A DNA stretch of 64,000 nt, from the NCBI GenBank assembly GCA_016748015.1, contig JAAOMT010000046.1, forward strand, positions 1-64,000, written 5' to 3'. A model generated the notes under the pieces. That model was not told the origin of the DNA and did not search any database. It saw only the letters and a list, made by a program, of their open reading frames with translations. This document shows, piece after piece, positions 24,811 to 40,211 of this stretch. The stretch is from Geosiphon pyriformis uo1 (Eukaryota; Fungi; Glomeromycota). The position numbers and the translations under genes are program-made. Position 1 is the first letter of the stretch. Each line of letters begins with the position of its first letter.

Positions 24811-25821
24811 ATGATGGATTGGACTCTAGTAACTGATACCTGGAAAATATTTTCGACAGAAACTCAAGACCGTTTAACAAAATGTCAAAAAGTGGAATTA
24901 ATCAAAGAATACCTGAACGCTCAACAAAAAACCTCTCATGATCTTTTTTTTTGGGTTACCATTGCTGCAGAGAATGGAAAATATATGTCCTTTTTAGGAT
25001 TTTGTCATGAATATGGAATCGGTACACGGATCGATGAAAAAAAAGCTTTTAATTGTTACCAACTTGGCGCAGAACAAAACGACCTTATCGCTCAAAGATA
25101 TCTCGGTCACTGTTATGAACAAGGAATAGGCACAGAAATCAATTATAATCTCGGATTTAAATGGATAAAACAAGCTGCAGAATCAGGAAACGTGATCGCA
25201 CAATTTTGGCTGGGTTCCGGTTATGAGTTTGGCGTTGGTAAAGATATAACAGTTGATTTGACTGAGGCTTTTAAATGGTACGAAATTTCGGCCAACTCTG
25301 GCCATCCATTCAGTCAATGCAATTTAGCGGATTTTTATCGGAACGGAATCTCTTGTGGTAAAGATGAAAAACGTGCATTTGAACTGTTTCAATTATCAGC
25401 AAAAGCTGGTTACAAAGATGGACAATATTTTTTGGGTTTATGTTATCAGAAAGGGTGGGGTACCGAGATGGACATGTATAAGGCACATTATTGGAACAAA
25501 ATGGCCGCAGTTGCTGGCCATGGTATTGCACTTTCCAGGCATGGTCATTTTTGCTATTGGGGCAAAGGAACTTCTATAGATTTACTGATTGCATTCCGTG
25601 CTTGGAAGAAAGCAGCAATCATGGGAAGATGCCTTGCACAGAAAGAATTGGCCGTGTGTTATGATGAAGGTGAAGGTACCGTTAAGGATACGCATGAAGG
25701 AATTAGATGGTATCGAGAAGCAATTCAAAGTGGTTCTGTTGATGCGTTCAATGTTCTTCGGTTATGTTTTGCAAAAAAATCAAATCTCGTGAAATGGTTA
25801 GTGGGTTTTATTTTTTTTTGA
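24811..25821 (+). CDS. Sel1-like repeat (SLR/HCP-like) protein, intronless
   Basis: About 7 repeats of AQ..LG.CY..GIG...D..KAF.WY..AA..G. First ATG at 24811; the ORF track starts at an upstream GTG. Confidence 0.9.
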   Translation: MMDWTLVTDTWKIFSTETQDRLTKCQKVELIKEYLNAQQKTSHDLFFWVTIAAENGKYMSFLGFCHEYGIGTRIDEKKAFNCYQLGAEQNDLIAQRYLGHCYEQGIGTEINYNLGFKWIKQAAESGNVIAQFWLGSGYEFGVGKDITVDLTEAFKWYEISANSGHPFSQCNLADFYRNGISCGKDEKRAFELFQLSAKAGYKDGQYFLGLCYQKGWGTEMDMYKAHYWNKMAAVAGHGIALSRHGHFCYWGKGTSIDLLIAFRAWKKAAIMGRCLAQKELAVCYDEGEGTVKDTHEGIRWYREAIQSGSVDAFNVLRLCFAKKSNLVKWLVGFIFF

Positions 25822-28512
25822 AAACATGTTGTGTTTGATGTGTTTGTTGATGTAATAATTTTAAACTTTTAGTTTATATCCACCCAGATAAGGTTTTCCA
25901 TCCTGTTATAGTTCACTGCGCCCAGGAAGTCAATAATTTGCCGTAATTAGTTAGGCACACGTTTTTTCCATCCATATTTTGACGATAGGTCGTGCTAATA
26001 CTTTAGCATTGCTTGTCGTAAATTTTATGGGGTTTTCTCTCTTGCACAATCAAATATCTGAATTCAATTGCAAAAGCTAGATTTTACTACGATCTCTCAA
26101 GATACAATAATGAAGAAAAGTGGAAGGCAAGATTGGGGATCTTAATATTATTTCGAAAGATAATTGTTTTCGATTTCTCGAGAAAATTCGGGTACATTAA
26201 TTGGCGAAAACTTTCTAAACTCCACTCCAATCACACACTATTTCGATCAAAGACTTGAAGAAATATTCACAGTCAATGTTATGTATTCAAAAAAGTAATA
26301 TTGATTTGAGACGGCGAAACCGGCAGGTGCACACAAAATTTTAGAGATAAACCTGTCAGTTTTGCTACATTCTCATTGCTTCATCTTGAAATTCTCTTTA
26401 CGCTCAGTATTTCAGATTTTGCTGGAATATTCCAGTCAAATTGATATTAAATTTATGCACCATTATGAAATTGGTCATATTGAGAAATTGTTGGAATGTG
26501 AACCTAATTTCCGTCAAGAAAAATCCTGTAATGTTACACTTGAAGTTTCTCAATCTTTACATTATTAGTTTCTCCCAAACCCAATCGTTATTAAATGCAG
26601 GAATAAATCTATCAAATTTGATTCTGAAACCTGTCCCAAGTATCCTAATAATGTATTTTATATTTATTCTGCAATAAAAAATATTTTAGTAGTGAACTCT
26701 TTTAACCAAATTTTAATATAACTCAGAGGAAAGATTTTCTCATCAATGATATTACTCGTTAGAGTCGATTTCCATTATCCACAAAATTATTTAAACAAAT
26801 ATGGAAAAAAAAAAGCATAACAAAGCATAACAAAGCATAACAAAGCAAAACAAACAAACAAACCATAAACAAAGAAAAGAGAAAAGGGGGGAAAACTCTA
26901 TCGAATAACTTCTAAACAATAACAAATGCCTTTCTTCGATACTTGTTTAAAAAAAATACATAGCCAACAAACCAAGAAGCCTTTTTTATAATTAAGAAAA
27001 ATTATATACATTTATTTTGAAGGAATGTAATTCAAAATTGAATAAAAGAAAAGTATTAAAGTTTTTAAGAATTTTAAAATCATGTTAAAGAATGAAAATC
27101 AATAGAAAATCTTTATGTTTGATATTTTACTAATAGATTATAATAACCAAAATTTTCAAAAATATTAATTAAATAAATATTTTAAGATATTTTTATCTTT
27201 TTTCAATTTAAAAAACATTTTGAAAAAAATTTATTCATAATAAATTCACATTTTATTTTAATTAAAATGCGAAGAATTCATTTTGTCATAATATATATTT
27301 TTTTGGCTACTGGTTTTATTTGTATATCAAACAGGAATTTTATGAACTCATTCATTATTATTATATGAATAAATTTGTCTTGGGTTTTGTTTATAAAATC
27401 ACATGATTTAATAAGATTCTCTTTGCAATATTCATTATGACGTTTTAAAAACCCAATCATTGCTGTTATTGTTGGTGTTATTATTGTTGTCTATTAATAC
27501 GTTTTAATCTTTTTATTTTAAAATTAAATTAAATAAAATTAAATTAAATTAAATAAAATTAAAAAAACGAATCGTAAGTCTTACATTTCTCGGGATTGAC
27601 CAACTACATGTATAAAACAATTGAGAGAACGCCATTGGACATATTAGATTTTCTCCTTCGCTCTAAATGTTATATACTTATAGAGTATATTAACCTCCAA
27701 TTGACTAATTGAAAAATTTCAAGGGTATAGTTATATAATTATAATTTATATTATCCTCTAGTTTTACCATCTAAAGAGAAAGCTTATTTAAGGTCCAGCT
27801 GATTTTCTTACTATTCGTGTAATAGATGTTAATTTTTCTTGACTTTAGGAAAATTCTTTTAAAACAATCACCAAAAAATTGTTGGTGAATTAATAATTAA
27901 TAATTGAAGATATACCATCATTCATTTTATGAATTGGGAAAGTGAATACCGTAAATGGTTAGTGATAATTTTTTGGGGGGGCTTCACTCTTAATAACAAG
28001 ATAAACGTTAATGAATGGTCAATAATATTAAAAGTTTTTTTGACAACGTTCTATAAAATAGGGATTAAAAAGCCCCCCCTCCCCCCGATAATAACAACAA
28101 CACAGCTTTTCCTACTTTAGTAACATCTGTACTAGTTTGTATTACTAGTTATATAATTGAAAGTTTTTGGAAGCATGAAAATCTAAATTAAAGAAAAAAA
28201 TTATATAATCCTGTATGCTGGCCAGCGGAAAAGGCTGTGAGAAATTTGATCGACAAATGGGGCAGGGAAAAATTTTTATAAAGACCTGGTCTCCTAAAAA
28301 AGTTCAATCACTCGCACCTGTATTTCATTGTCTCTCAATATAAAATATATATAAATATTTTTTTTTCAATTGTAATTTTCATGGGAGATCTATATTACAA
28401 TTTTCAGTTACCTTAAAACCAACATTTAATGAATTTTGAAATCATTCTATTCTTTTAAATTACTTTTATACAAAACGCTTAAATTAATTTGGGAAACTCA
28501 AAAAAATAAAAA

Positions 28513-29728
28513 ATGGTTCAATTCTCCTTTACTGCTAAATTTACCTTAATCTCTAGTATAATTTATTCTATCGTTGCCACCACGATTGAATGTTTTGTAA
28601 TATATTATCATGTAAATTTTGTGGGAAATTTTAAGTTGGATAAACGTGGTAAAGGAATATCGGATGCAGATTTAATATACCATTCAATGTAAGTCTCCAA
28701 TTAATTTTCAGTGAACATTAATTTATTTGATACCCAATCAAATACTGACAATTCATAAATCTCTCAGATTTATCTTTTCACTAGCTTTTCAGATATTGTT
28801 AGTGGTAGACGCACTATGGCGACGAAATACAATTCAGACGGCATCATTAATAGCCTTCAATCTTCTATCGTTGGCATACGCTGGAATTCAATTATTTCAA
28901 CATAAAATATTGGAAGATATAGGAACTGACAGTTCAAAATGGACTCCCAAAGATCCGGATGAATTTCAAGATCGAGAAGAAGCAAAACTTCATTTCCTGC
29001 ATCGAGTTCGACCACTTGAATACACGGTTATTGGGCTAGTAACCGCGTACTCGGTAGTATTTTCCTATCTCACATACAAATTAACGATTCAATTCGGTTG
29101 GGATAATTATAAGACATATTCAGCCGATATACGGATTCGAGATGCTTATATAGCATTAAATATTCTACAAACCTTGATCAAATTGGACTTTTTCTTCATC
29201 TTATCCTACGCTGTCCAATTGATCCCCTCTCGGCAGATTGGTTATCAAGAATCTATCACAGAGACTGTGCTAATATTCGTTATCGGAATCTCAATGTTGG
29301 GAGTGGCTTGGTACGCAGGCAGACGCGAACAAAAATATGCCATGCTGTCAATAATTATAATTTTAGCTGTATCTACCGTCTATTTGATCTATCGTTGCAT
29401 TCGTGTCAATATGAAACGAGACCCAGATAATGATCCGTACCTGTTTACCCGTCGTTTCTTGACATTTTTCTTGTTAACAACGTTAGGATTGGTGATTGCC
29501 ACAATTTCATATGCTACCATATGCTTTAAAAATTTTTGGCGTGGTACTTACGTAATTACTGTCTTTGGCGTGGGTGAGGATGACGACGGCGACGAAATCC
29601 CCAAAGAGAATTCAGGCGATGTTGAAGATGTGATTCCACCCGCATCATCAACTAAACAATCAAAGCGGCAAAGTCAACAAGCCATAAATCGATTATCAAG
29701 ATTAGAAGGAAAGATAACTATTGATTGA
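28513..29728 (+). CDS. Multi-pass membrane protein, UPF0658 (fungal Golgi membrane protein)-like; 2 exons
   Basis: Exon 1 28513-28688, intron GTAAGT..CAG 28689-28767, exon 2 in frame to TGA. Motif FQILLVVDALWRRNTIQ..FN..AYAGIQ and LIKLDFFF; about 8 hydrophobic segments. Confidence 0.8.
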
Positions 29729-31122
29729 ACATAATTAATGTTTTAAGGAATTAAAAAATCATTTTGTACAATTCTCATTTTAGATTTGTTTGTATTATAT
29801 ATTTTTCGAGAAAATACATAGTTTATTTTAATCCATTGGAAAAATCAATCTACTCCTATTTTTTAACCCCATTTTATATTAGGTAACGAAAGTCATTTTT
29901 TATAATTTTCAAAGTTTCAGTAATTTTATCCCAACATCAAAGTGAATAAACGGAAGAATATTTTAAAATGCTCATCTTGGCTTCCTCTAGAAATTTCTTA
30001 TATTTATCAAAATTTATTCCTAAATTTATTTTGCAAAGAATGAAAAAAAAGTCAAAGATGACGGAAACTCTAAATTTCTTTCCGATTGTAAGTGCAAAAA
30101 CTCTGATTTTCGACCGAAAAATTTCGGAAATGTTGACAACGTTTTTGAGCAAAGTGCAAGTGGGAATCAGCCTCCTATAGACACAATTGGGCCATTCCTT
30201 CTATAATTAGGACTTTTGAATATACTAAAGAAGGCTCTTGAGAAATATTTGTCCAAAATATCAAGCGCATGGAATTTGTCTCTGAAATCCATTTTTTTGA
30301 ATAAACGTTAAATAAGCCCTCGATCATTTGCTACATAAGCTCTCATGCAATTAAAATCCATAGCTTCTGTCGAAGGCTTCCTCGGGAGCAAATTTGATGA
30401 TTAAATTCTCCTTTCCAGTAAATTCTTCCAAAAGTCCATTTTCAAAATCTATGGCAAATAATGGAACCTTCTATAAGTTGGAAGAGATGAGATTGATCAA
30501 TTTCGAGTGCCCACATTCTTTTAAGACAAATTTCCTGATTACCAAAAATGGGCTACAAATTTTAAGACTGTAAAAACTGTTTCCCGATAAATCGATCAGG
30601 GAGCTACTTTGTATTTTCTGGAGCCTTTGGGGATCATCTTACATGAGCTATTAATTAGCGTTTGAATATACCTTGAAGAATTGCGGGGAGCCTAAATTTT
30701 TAAGTTTGACCAAGACTCTCGCTTCATGATATAGCTTAGAACGTGAAGGAAGTTTCACGTCCAATAGTTTGACGAATAAGATGCTGAAACAGAATTTAAA
30801 AAAAACTTCCAAGTCGATTTTAAAGAAACAACATCTAGTCGGTTTTCTAGGTGTTTTGCTTGTTCATTTTTGGTGGCTCCTTGTCAATTCCCAGACGAGA
30901 AACGCTTGTTAAATACTAAAACATTTAAAATAAAGGTCGAGAATTTGGCAACTCTAAGAGAATCTTCGATGAGGATAACAAGATTAGATTAAATATTTAC
31001 GATGTTTTGACATGTGTGCAATCCCAATCAATTCTATAGGCTGAACGGGAGGTAAGGAAAGCAAAACCACCGAAAAAGGGGCTTTCGTACCACGAGCCTC
31101 TGTCGTTTAACATGTAAGTTCA

Positions 31123-31147
31123 TATTATATATTATATTATTATATTA

Positions 31148-31180
<33 letters not shown>

Positions 31181-31183
31181 CAT
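31123..31183 (+). repeat. (TAT)n microsatellite upstream of STE20
   Basis: Direct reading. Confidence 0.85.
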
Positions 31184-31295
31184 CACTCACCACAACGGCG
31201 ATAGCTCTATTTTGCCGTCACCAACTAGAGTTCAAACAAGGTGACATACAAAGAGCTTTTAAAACGTAGGTTTTAATAACTTTCGATAAAAAGCA

Positions 31296-34498
<3,203 letters not shown>

Positions 34499-35762
34499 TA
34501 GGAAACAGAATTCACATTTAACATACTAGCCTTTCTCCTTCACATTATGGCTTGATCTGCGTGAAATTGGCTATGTTCATTCAGGGATGGGCTGAGGAGT
34601 TGGTATGAGCAATTGGATTCCTCACTATTTGTAAAATGCGTCTTAGACACCGGTCTCCAAACCCCAAAATTGCCTGCCTTTGAAATCTACAAAAAACTCT
34701 GGGAACAAAATCCAATCATTATAATTTCATACTTTAGTTTTGGTCCTTCACGAAAAGTTGATGCAAACAGTCAGACAGATTCTCATTTTTTATTTTACTT
34801 TTACCTATTACTTTGGACAATTTGCGACTTTTTTTTATTTGATAGACTCCTTTTTAATTATGATGGAGAGCGGAAAGATCAGCAGGTTTTCGGAAAGTTT
34901 AATTAGCTGAAAAATTAGTTTAGTAGTCGACTTGATTTAATTCTTTTTCGTTGACGGTTTTTTTTTCATTTCACCCGCCAACATCAAAAAGAGTCGAAAG
35001 ACTCTAAGCATCTCATGATGCCACATGTCAATATATACATATATTTATTTAAGACCCGATTAATAGTTTTGCTGCGCGGGGATTCCCTTGATTATATAGT
35101 TAAATAGCGTATAGCCTTGATTTTGATATTTAGAAAGGCAAAGTCAATACACTTTGAGAAACCCAGAGGCCAAGAAAAGTTGTATTTATAGTGAAATATT
35201 TCTCTTAAAAATAAAATTTTAATGTTAACATATCTAAACAATTAATAAAAATAGGTTATAAAAATATATTCAAATTTAAAAAAATTATATATTATAATAA
35301 TCAACATAATTAATTTGGTTGGACTACATCTTTTGCAAACAATAATAATTATAATATACTTTTTATATTTTTATTTTATAACTAAAATTAAATCAGTTGA
35401 TTTAAAACTCAATTTTAGCTTTGTATATTATTGTCAAAATTATAAAATTATTTAAACTAATCCAATAAGATTGTTATTCTCAAAATTTCTGACGTTGTTA
35501 TACTTTTATTACACAACTATTTTGTAAAGTTAGCAACTTTTACCTTGATTTTTAGTATTTAAAATAAAATATCTTAATTTCAAAGAATAGAAATAACTAG
35601 CTTTAAAGCTATTTTAAAAAATCAGTCATATGGCTTGACCCGCTTAGCGGGTCGTTTTAAACCTTAGAGGGTTTATATTGAAATAACTTGGGATGATTCC
35701 CATAAATCCTGTGATATTCATTTTTGTCTCTTTTCAAACTATCAAGAAAGTACTTTTGCTCA

Positions 35763-37637
35763 TCATCTTATTTCACTAAGAACCTTTGTCGCAAGGATTT
35801 TTAGTCCCTCTACATCCTCAAGATGTACAGATTGGAAATGCTGCTTGGCCAAGATGAAGAGGTTAAATACTCGATTATTTTGAGATTATCATTTTTTATA
35901 AAATTTCCACTTACTCCTTCACAAGATCTTAGGAATGATTTGATATTACGATATCGTACTTGCTTTTCCCATGTTTTCGAGGAAATTTTGCAACGCACTT
36001 TAATCGCCCAAAGTAAGCCTGTAGTTATGTTTATTAAGTTAATTATATTAAGATCTACTGGTAATTGGATTGGTGCAGAAATCACTTGAGCCGCCTATTT
36101 GAAATTACCATGAAGCGCCTTGATTTTATTTCCCCATTTGCCGCTCCAATCCCATTCATTAAAAACGCTTTCTTCAGCAAAATTATCACTTATTGTCTCC
36201 TGATGGGCTATTTTTGTTGCTATTTTTTTGAGATTTTCGCTGTATTCAAGCTGATAGATTTCTAAATCCGGGGCATCGTTAAGAATTGTCTCAAACCATA
36301 CATCTACGAATTCATCTTTGAATTCCTGTTACGTAAAAACATGAACTTAATGTTGATGAGAAATTTATAAAATTCAGTAGATAAAAAGAAATGACGTTAC
36401 CGTATATAATGTTGCTTTTCCCTCACTCGTTAAATGTAAATATTCCTTTTTTGCTAACCCTGCGCAAAAGATCAACGATATTTGTCGACGTGCGTCTGCA
36501 CGCTGATTCCAGCAATAGCTAAACTCACCTCGTAACCAATCATTCATATTCTATTGGGGATTGAAAGGTCTATGCATCAACAAATTTCATGCGATAGATT
36601 GATAAAGATATTTATTACTTGCCCTTCCCCCAAAATTATGTAGCGTCCAAGCCACGTGAGCAAATAACGCTACGGATCGCAATCTCAATTCTACGTGTAC
36701 ATTTTGATTTTCGGATTTTTGGAGAACTGGATTTATTCAAAGATGATGAGCAAATTATTAAAGATTTGAAATATTGATTTTCAGTTGCTTAAACACCTGT
36801 CGCGAATATAGTATTTATCAAATTGTAAAGCTTCCGATTAATTTCTTCAAATAGGGTCTAATTAATGAAAAGTTGTCGCAAAGTATAAGATATTTGAGGC
36901 CATTTGATAGCTTATGAAGATTTTTTCAATTTTTCATACGTTATTCTCATCACTTTTAGGCACTTCTTTTACACTCTGATGAATGATTTCCAGGGTTTCC
37001 ATTCCCTTGGTCAACAATTGTTCCCTACGATAGAGCGATTCATTGTTTTCGCTTTTATTTATGTATTCTCCAATTAAAAGCTTAATGCGGGACCAAATTA
37101 CTTTTAGCAACTTCAGCAGGTTGTCATCGTTTGCTTCCTTTCTTTTTAGCAGTATAACAAGATTTTTGGCAGATTTAAGATAATGGGCACGTTGGGTAAG
37201 AGATGCCGTACTGAACTGACTTATTGTTAATATTGAATCGAACTGATCAATAGTTTCTGGTATCATCAGTGGACGAATAAAACGCGGAATTGAAGCTGCC
37301 AAAAAGCAAAAAGCCATGCAGCAATTTCCCATCGCCCTATCAGTGAACGGCCAAGAATTAGGGAATTCTTGGATTCGTGAGGACAAAACCCCAATGTGTC
37401 TCGAAATTGTTTGGTCCCAAGGGTTCTCTTTGCGTTCCAAAGTGGCTTTGAAAGTCTTAAAGTAATGCTTGAAGCTTTCTTGATTAAAATTTGGTATCTT
37501 TTGGAACTTTTCAAGAAAATTCCTTTGAGGAATCTCTGAGGATGGAGATAAGGGTGAATTGTACGATGCAAGACTTGGTTGTGACTGGAAAAATTTTTGT
37601 CTTGGAAGTTGAAATTCTCGGTCAAAGTCTGAATAAT

Positions 37638-37676
<39 letters not shown>

Positions 37677-38439
37677 GATCCTGAGTTAGGGTATCATCCA
37701 GAATTCGTCGTGAGGTTACCAAGAGCCCTTTACGCGAGTTTTTTGATATTGATGAGCTATGTGATTTTTTATGTATTCGGGAATGCGAATTTTCTGCCCT
37801 CGATAGGCTCGAATTTTCTTTTGAAGATTTGTGGCATATTTTTTGATGAGTTTTGCTATGGAGCTTGCGATTAGATAACCTGGTAAAACCATCTTCTTGA
37901 GGAGAACGATACACCACAGTGTTTGGCACAAGTAAAGAGGTTTCTTTATATTTCGGTGAGGGGGGAGACAAAATGGATGAAATGTCAGAGTCTTCCGATT
38001 CATTGTCATCTTTCTCTTCACTAATAAAATCATCAGATAGACTATCTTCTTCTTCCTCTTCTGAGGTCAAGCTTTGATATGAATCTCTTGGAAGGATCTT
38101 ATTTCTACCGGAATATGAATCCATCTCATCCCCCTCTTGTTGATATTCTTGGTTGTCTAAATCCGAATTATCATTTTCATCAATTATTACGGGAACGGGC
38201 TCCTCTCCAGAGTCTTGTTCTTCTAAAAATCTTTCATCTTCAGCTTCTGGTTCTGTGTCTGAATTGATTGCGCCAGCTCCATAATTATTGTCTACCTCAA
38301 CAGGGATTCCTTGTTTCTGGGCTCGAACCCTTTCTAATTGGTAGGGATATATTTGATTCAAGTTTCTTTTTCGCAGCTTACGTCGGGCTGGGCCTTGGAT
38401 CAAAGGCTCTGAGGACGTTTTTTTCAAGCGAGAGTTCAT
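35763..38439 (-). CDS. MMS22: MMS22/Mus7-like replication-repair protein, compact (~735 aa), 7 exons
   Basis: N-terminal RKLRKRNLNQIYPYQLER matches the fungal Mms22 motif LRxR..IQ..PY.LE. The 1500-nt exon 1 (38439-36940) splices phase-consistently through six small GT-AG exons, including NDWLRGEFSYCWNQRADARRQISLIF..EFKDEFVDVWFETIL, which resembles the Mus7 C-terminal region. The last intron is inferred. Confidence 0.6.
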
Positions 38440-38538
38440 TTGGATCCTAAGAGCTTGAAAGGTTTTAAATTAGATGGTTAGCTCTTTGACCTGTTGACCT
38501 GTTTATCACTGATCACAAAAAGTGCTATGACTCATGAA

Positions 38539-38583
38539 AACGCGTTGAAAATTAGCAACATGAATTTTTAAGTTCAACGCGTT
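38539..38583. promoter_or_regulatory. Inverted repeat AACGCGTTGAA..TTCAACGCGTT containing two ACGCGT (MCB) boxes
   Basis: Perfect 11-bp arms at 38539-38549 and 38573-38583, 100-145 bp upstream of the MMS22-like ATG and just downstream of the Fanzor relic. Confidence 0.5.
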
Positions 38584-38589
38584 ATGCAG

Positions 38590-39718
38590 TGAAAATCTCC
38601 TAATATGGCAATTTGAACTCCATATTTCCAAAAAAGTGCCGCACGACAATATTTACCGTAGCATTGACTTTGTGTCTATGAAAAAAAGATGGAGAATATA
38701 AACAACCGAGAAAGCCAGATCACGTACTTCAACAGCAACCAAAGATTAGATGGCCTCTCCCAAATAACAAATATTCTTATCAGAGACATACTCAGACTGA
38801 CCAAAGCCGCTGACTTCCTTTAAACCACCTGTCACATAACAAACAGATCTTGTTGCTGCCTGAAACTCATGCACCAACTGTAAACGACATCTCTCAATTA
38901 ATTCCAATAAAACTTGTTTCACGAGTTTTGGCGAATGATCCTGTCAAGTGTTCGAAAAATGGCTATAACCAAGCGCAAGGTGATCCAGTCGCAGATGGTT
39001 ATGCAGGCTTTCTGTTTGTTGATCTGCGTCTTCCAGCGAAGCCAGAGTCAATGTCTTGAATCATGGAATTGGGAATAGTTTGCATATCTTTATTAGGCGA
39101 CTTTAGAGAAACATGATGGAGTTGTATCTACAGTTAGAAAATAAAAATTAAACAGTTATATAATCTGAAACGTTTTTAATCGAGTTCACGAGCCCAAAAA
39201 ACTTGATCATAGATCAAGATACTTACTCTTCAACATTCGCATTGTTTCTCAGTCTTCTTCCTTACCCTTGTGAACTCAGGCAATGTATACTATTTCTTCG
39301 TTGACAAACTAACGACATCACCATTTACTACCACAAACAAATCCTTCTTGATCTAATTTAATTGAAATATCATTCTCACGAATGTCATCAAATCCTTATT
39401 CATTCACACCGTCCCATTCTGCCACCATCCTTTTCAGATTTACGCTCACGCACATCCCATCCGTCGTTATACTAAATCCAAAACGCGAATTTTTGGCTTT
39501 CATTGAACAAAATACCATTCTCCATCACTCCTCAATCCTCGGGTTAAAATTCGCTTTAATTTTTTTCCCATCCCACAAAATTTATTTCCAAAAGTAATTG
39601 ACATAAAGCATTCGAATCTGAGTAGGAAGACGATCAGCGGTAGCATGGTGAAAAGATGTAATAAGTTGATTAGACGGTAAATCACAATATACTTGGGTTG
39701 CTTAAATAATGCTTTAAT
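38590..39718 (-). pseudogene. Fanzor1 (eukaryotic TnpB-like RuvC endonuclease) pseudogene, C-terminal portion, with a spliceosomal intron
   Basis: Collinear motifs across frameshifts: LFTMLPL, DSNALCQLL, EE*WRMVF..KNSRFGFSITTDGMCVSV, LD/KKDLFVVV (RuvC-I), VSLSTKK*Y..FTRVRKK, LRWKTQINKQKA..ICDWI, ALGYSHFSNT..HSPKLVK..ELIERCRLQLVHEF (RuvC-II), KICLLCD..RLWSV*VC (Zn ribbon), VNATVNI (RuvC-III). Confidence 0.8.
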
Positions 39719-40180
39719 TTGAAAACATTTTAGTTATTATTATATTTAAATAAACATAATGATTTTCATTATTTGTATAATGGAAGAAATCTTTTTGATT
39801 TATATATTAATTTAAAATGTCAGTCATTCAATAACATTTTTTGATTGAAACACTTATGATAATTAATCAAATAAAATTTGTTATTTCAAATTTTCTTATG
39901 TAAATATAACATAACAAAATAAATAATGAATATAAATCATGCACATATTTTATTAATAATAATAAAATATATATTGGTATTACAATATATTATAATAAAT
40001 TATAAAAAAATATTTAAATTAAAAATAAATTCTAATGTATTAATATTTTAAAATTTGTTATGATTAAATTTATTAATAAAAAATTTTTATTAATTTAAAT
40101 ATATTTAGTTTTATTTTGCTAATTAATAATAATAGGGAGATCACATTTTATTAAAGTATAATAATAACAACAACAACAAC

Positions 40181-40211
<31 letters not shown>

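Noticed and set aside
29937-30960. Coding gene between the UPF0658-like gene and STE20
   Set aside because: Only short ORFs with no recognisable motif or consistent splice pattern.
37266-37874. Poly-Met and poly-His ORFs
   Set aside because: Alternative frames of the (GAT)n poly-Asp tract in the MMS22-like exon.
38850-39597. Plus-strand short ORFs (69 and 71 aa)
   Set aside because: Antisense shadows of the Fanzor relic.
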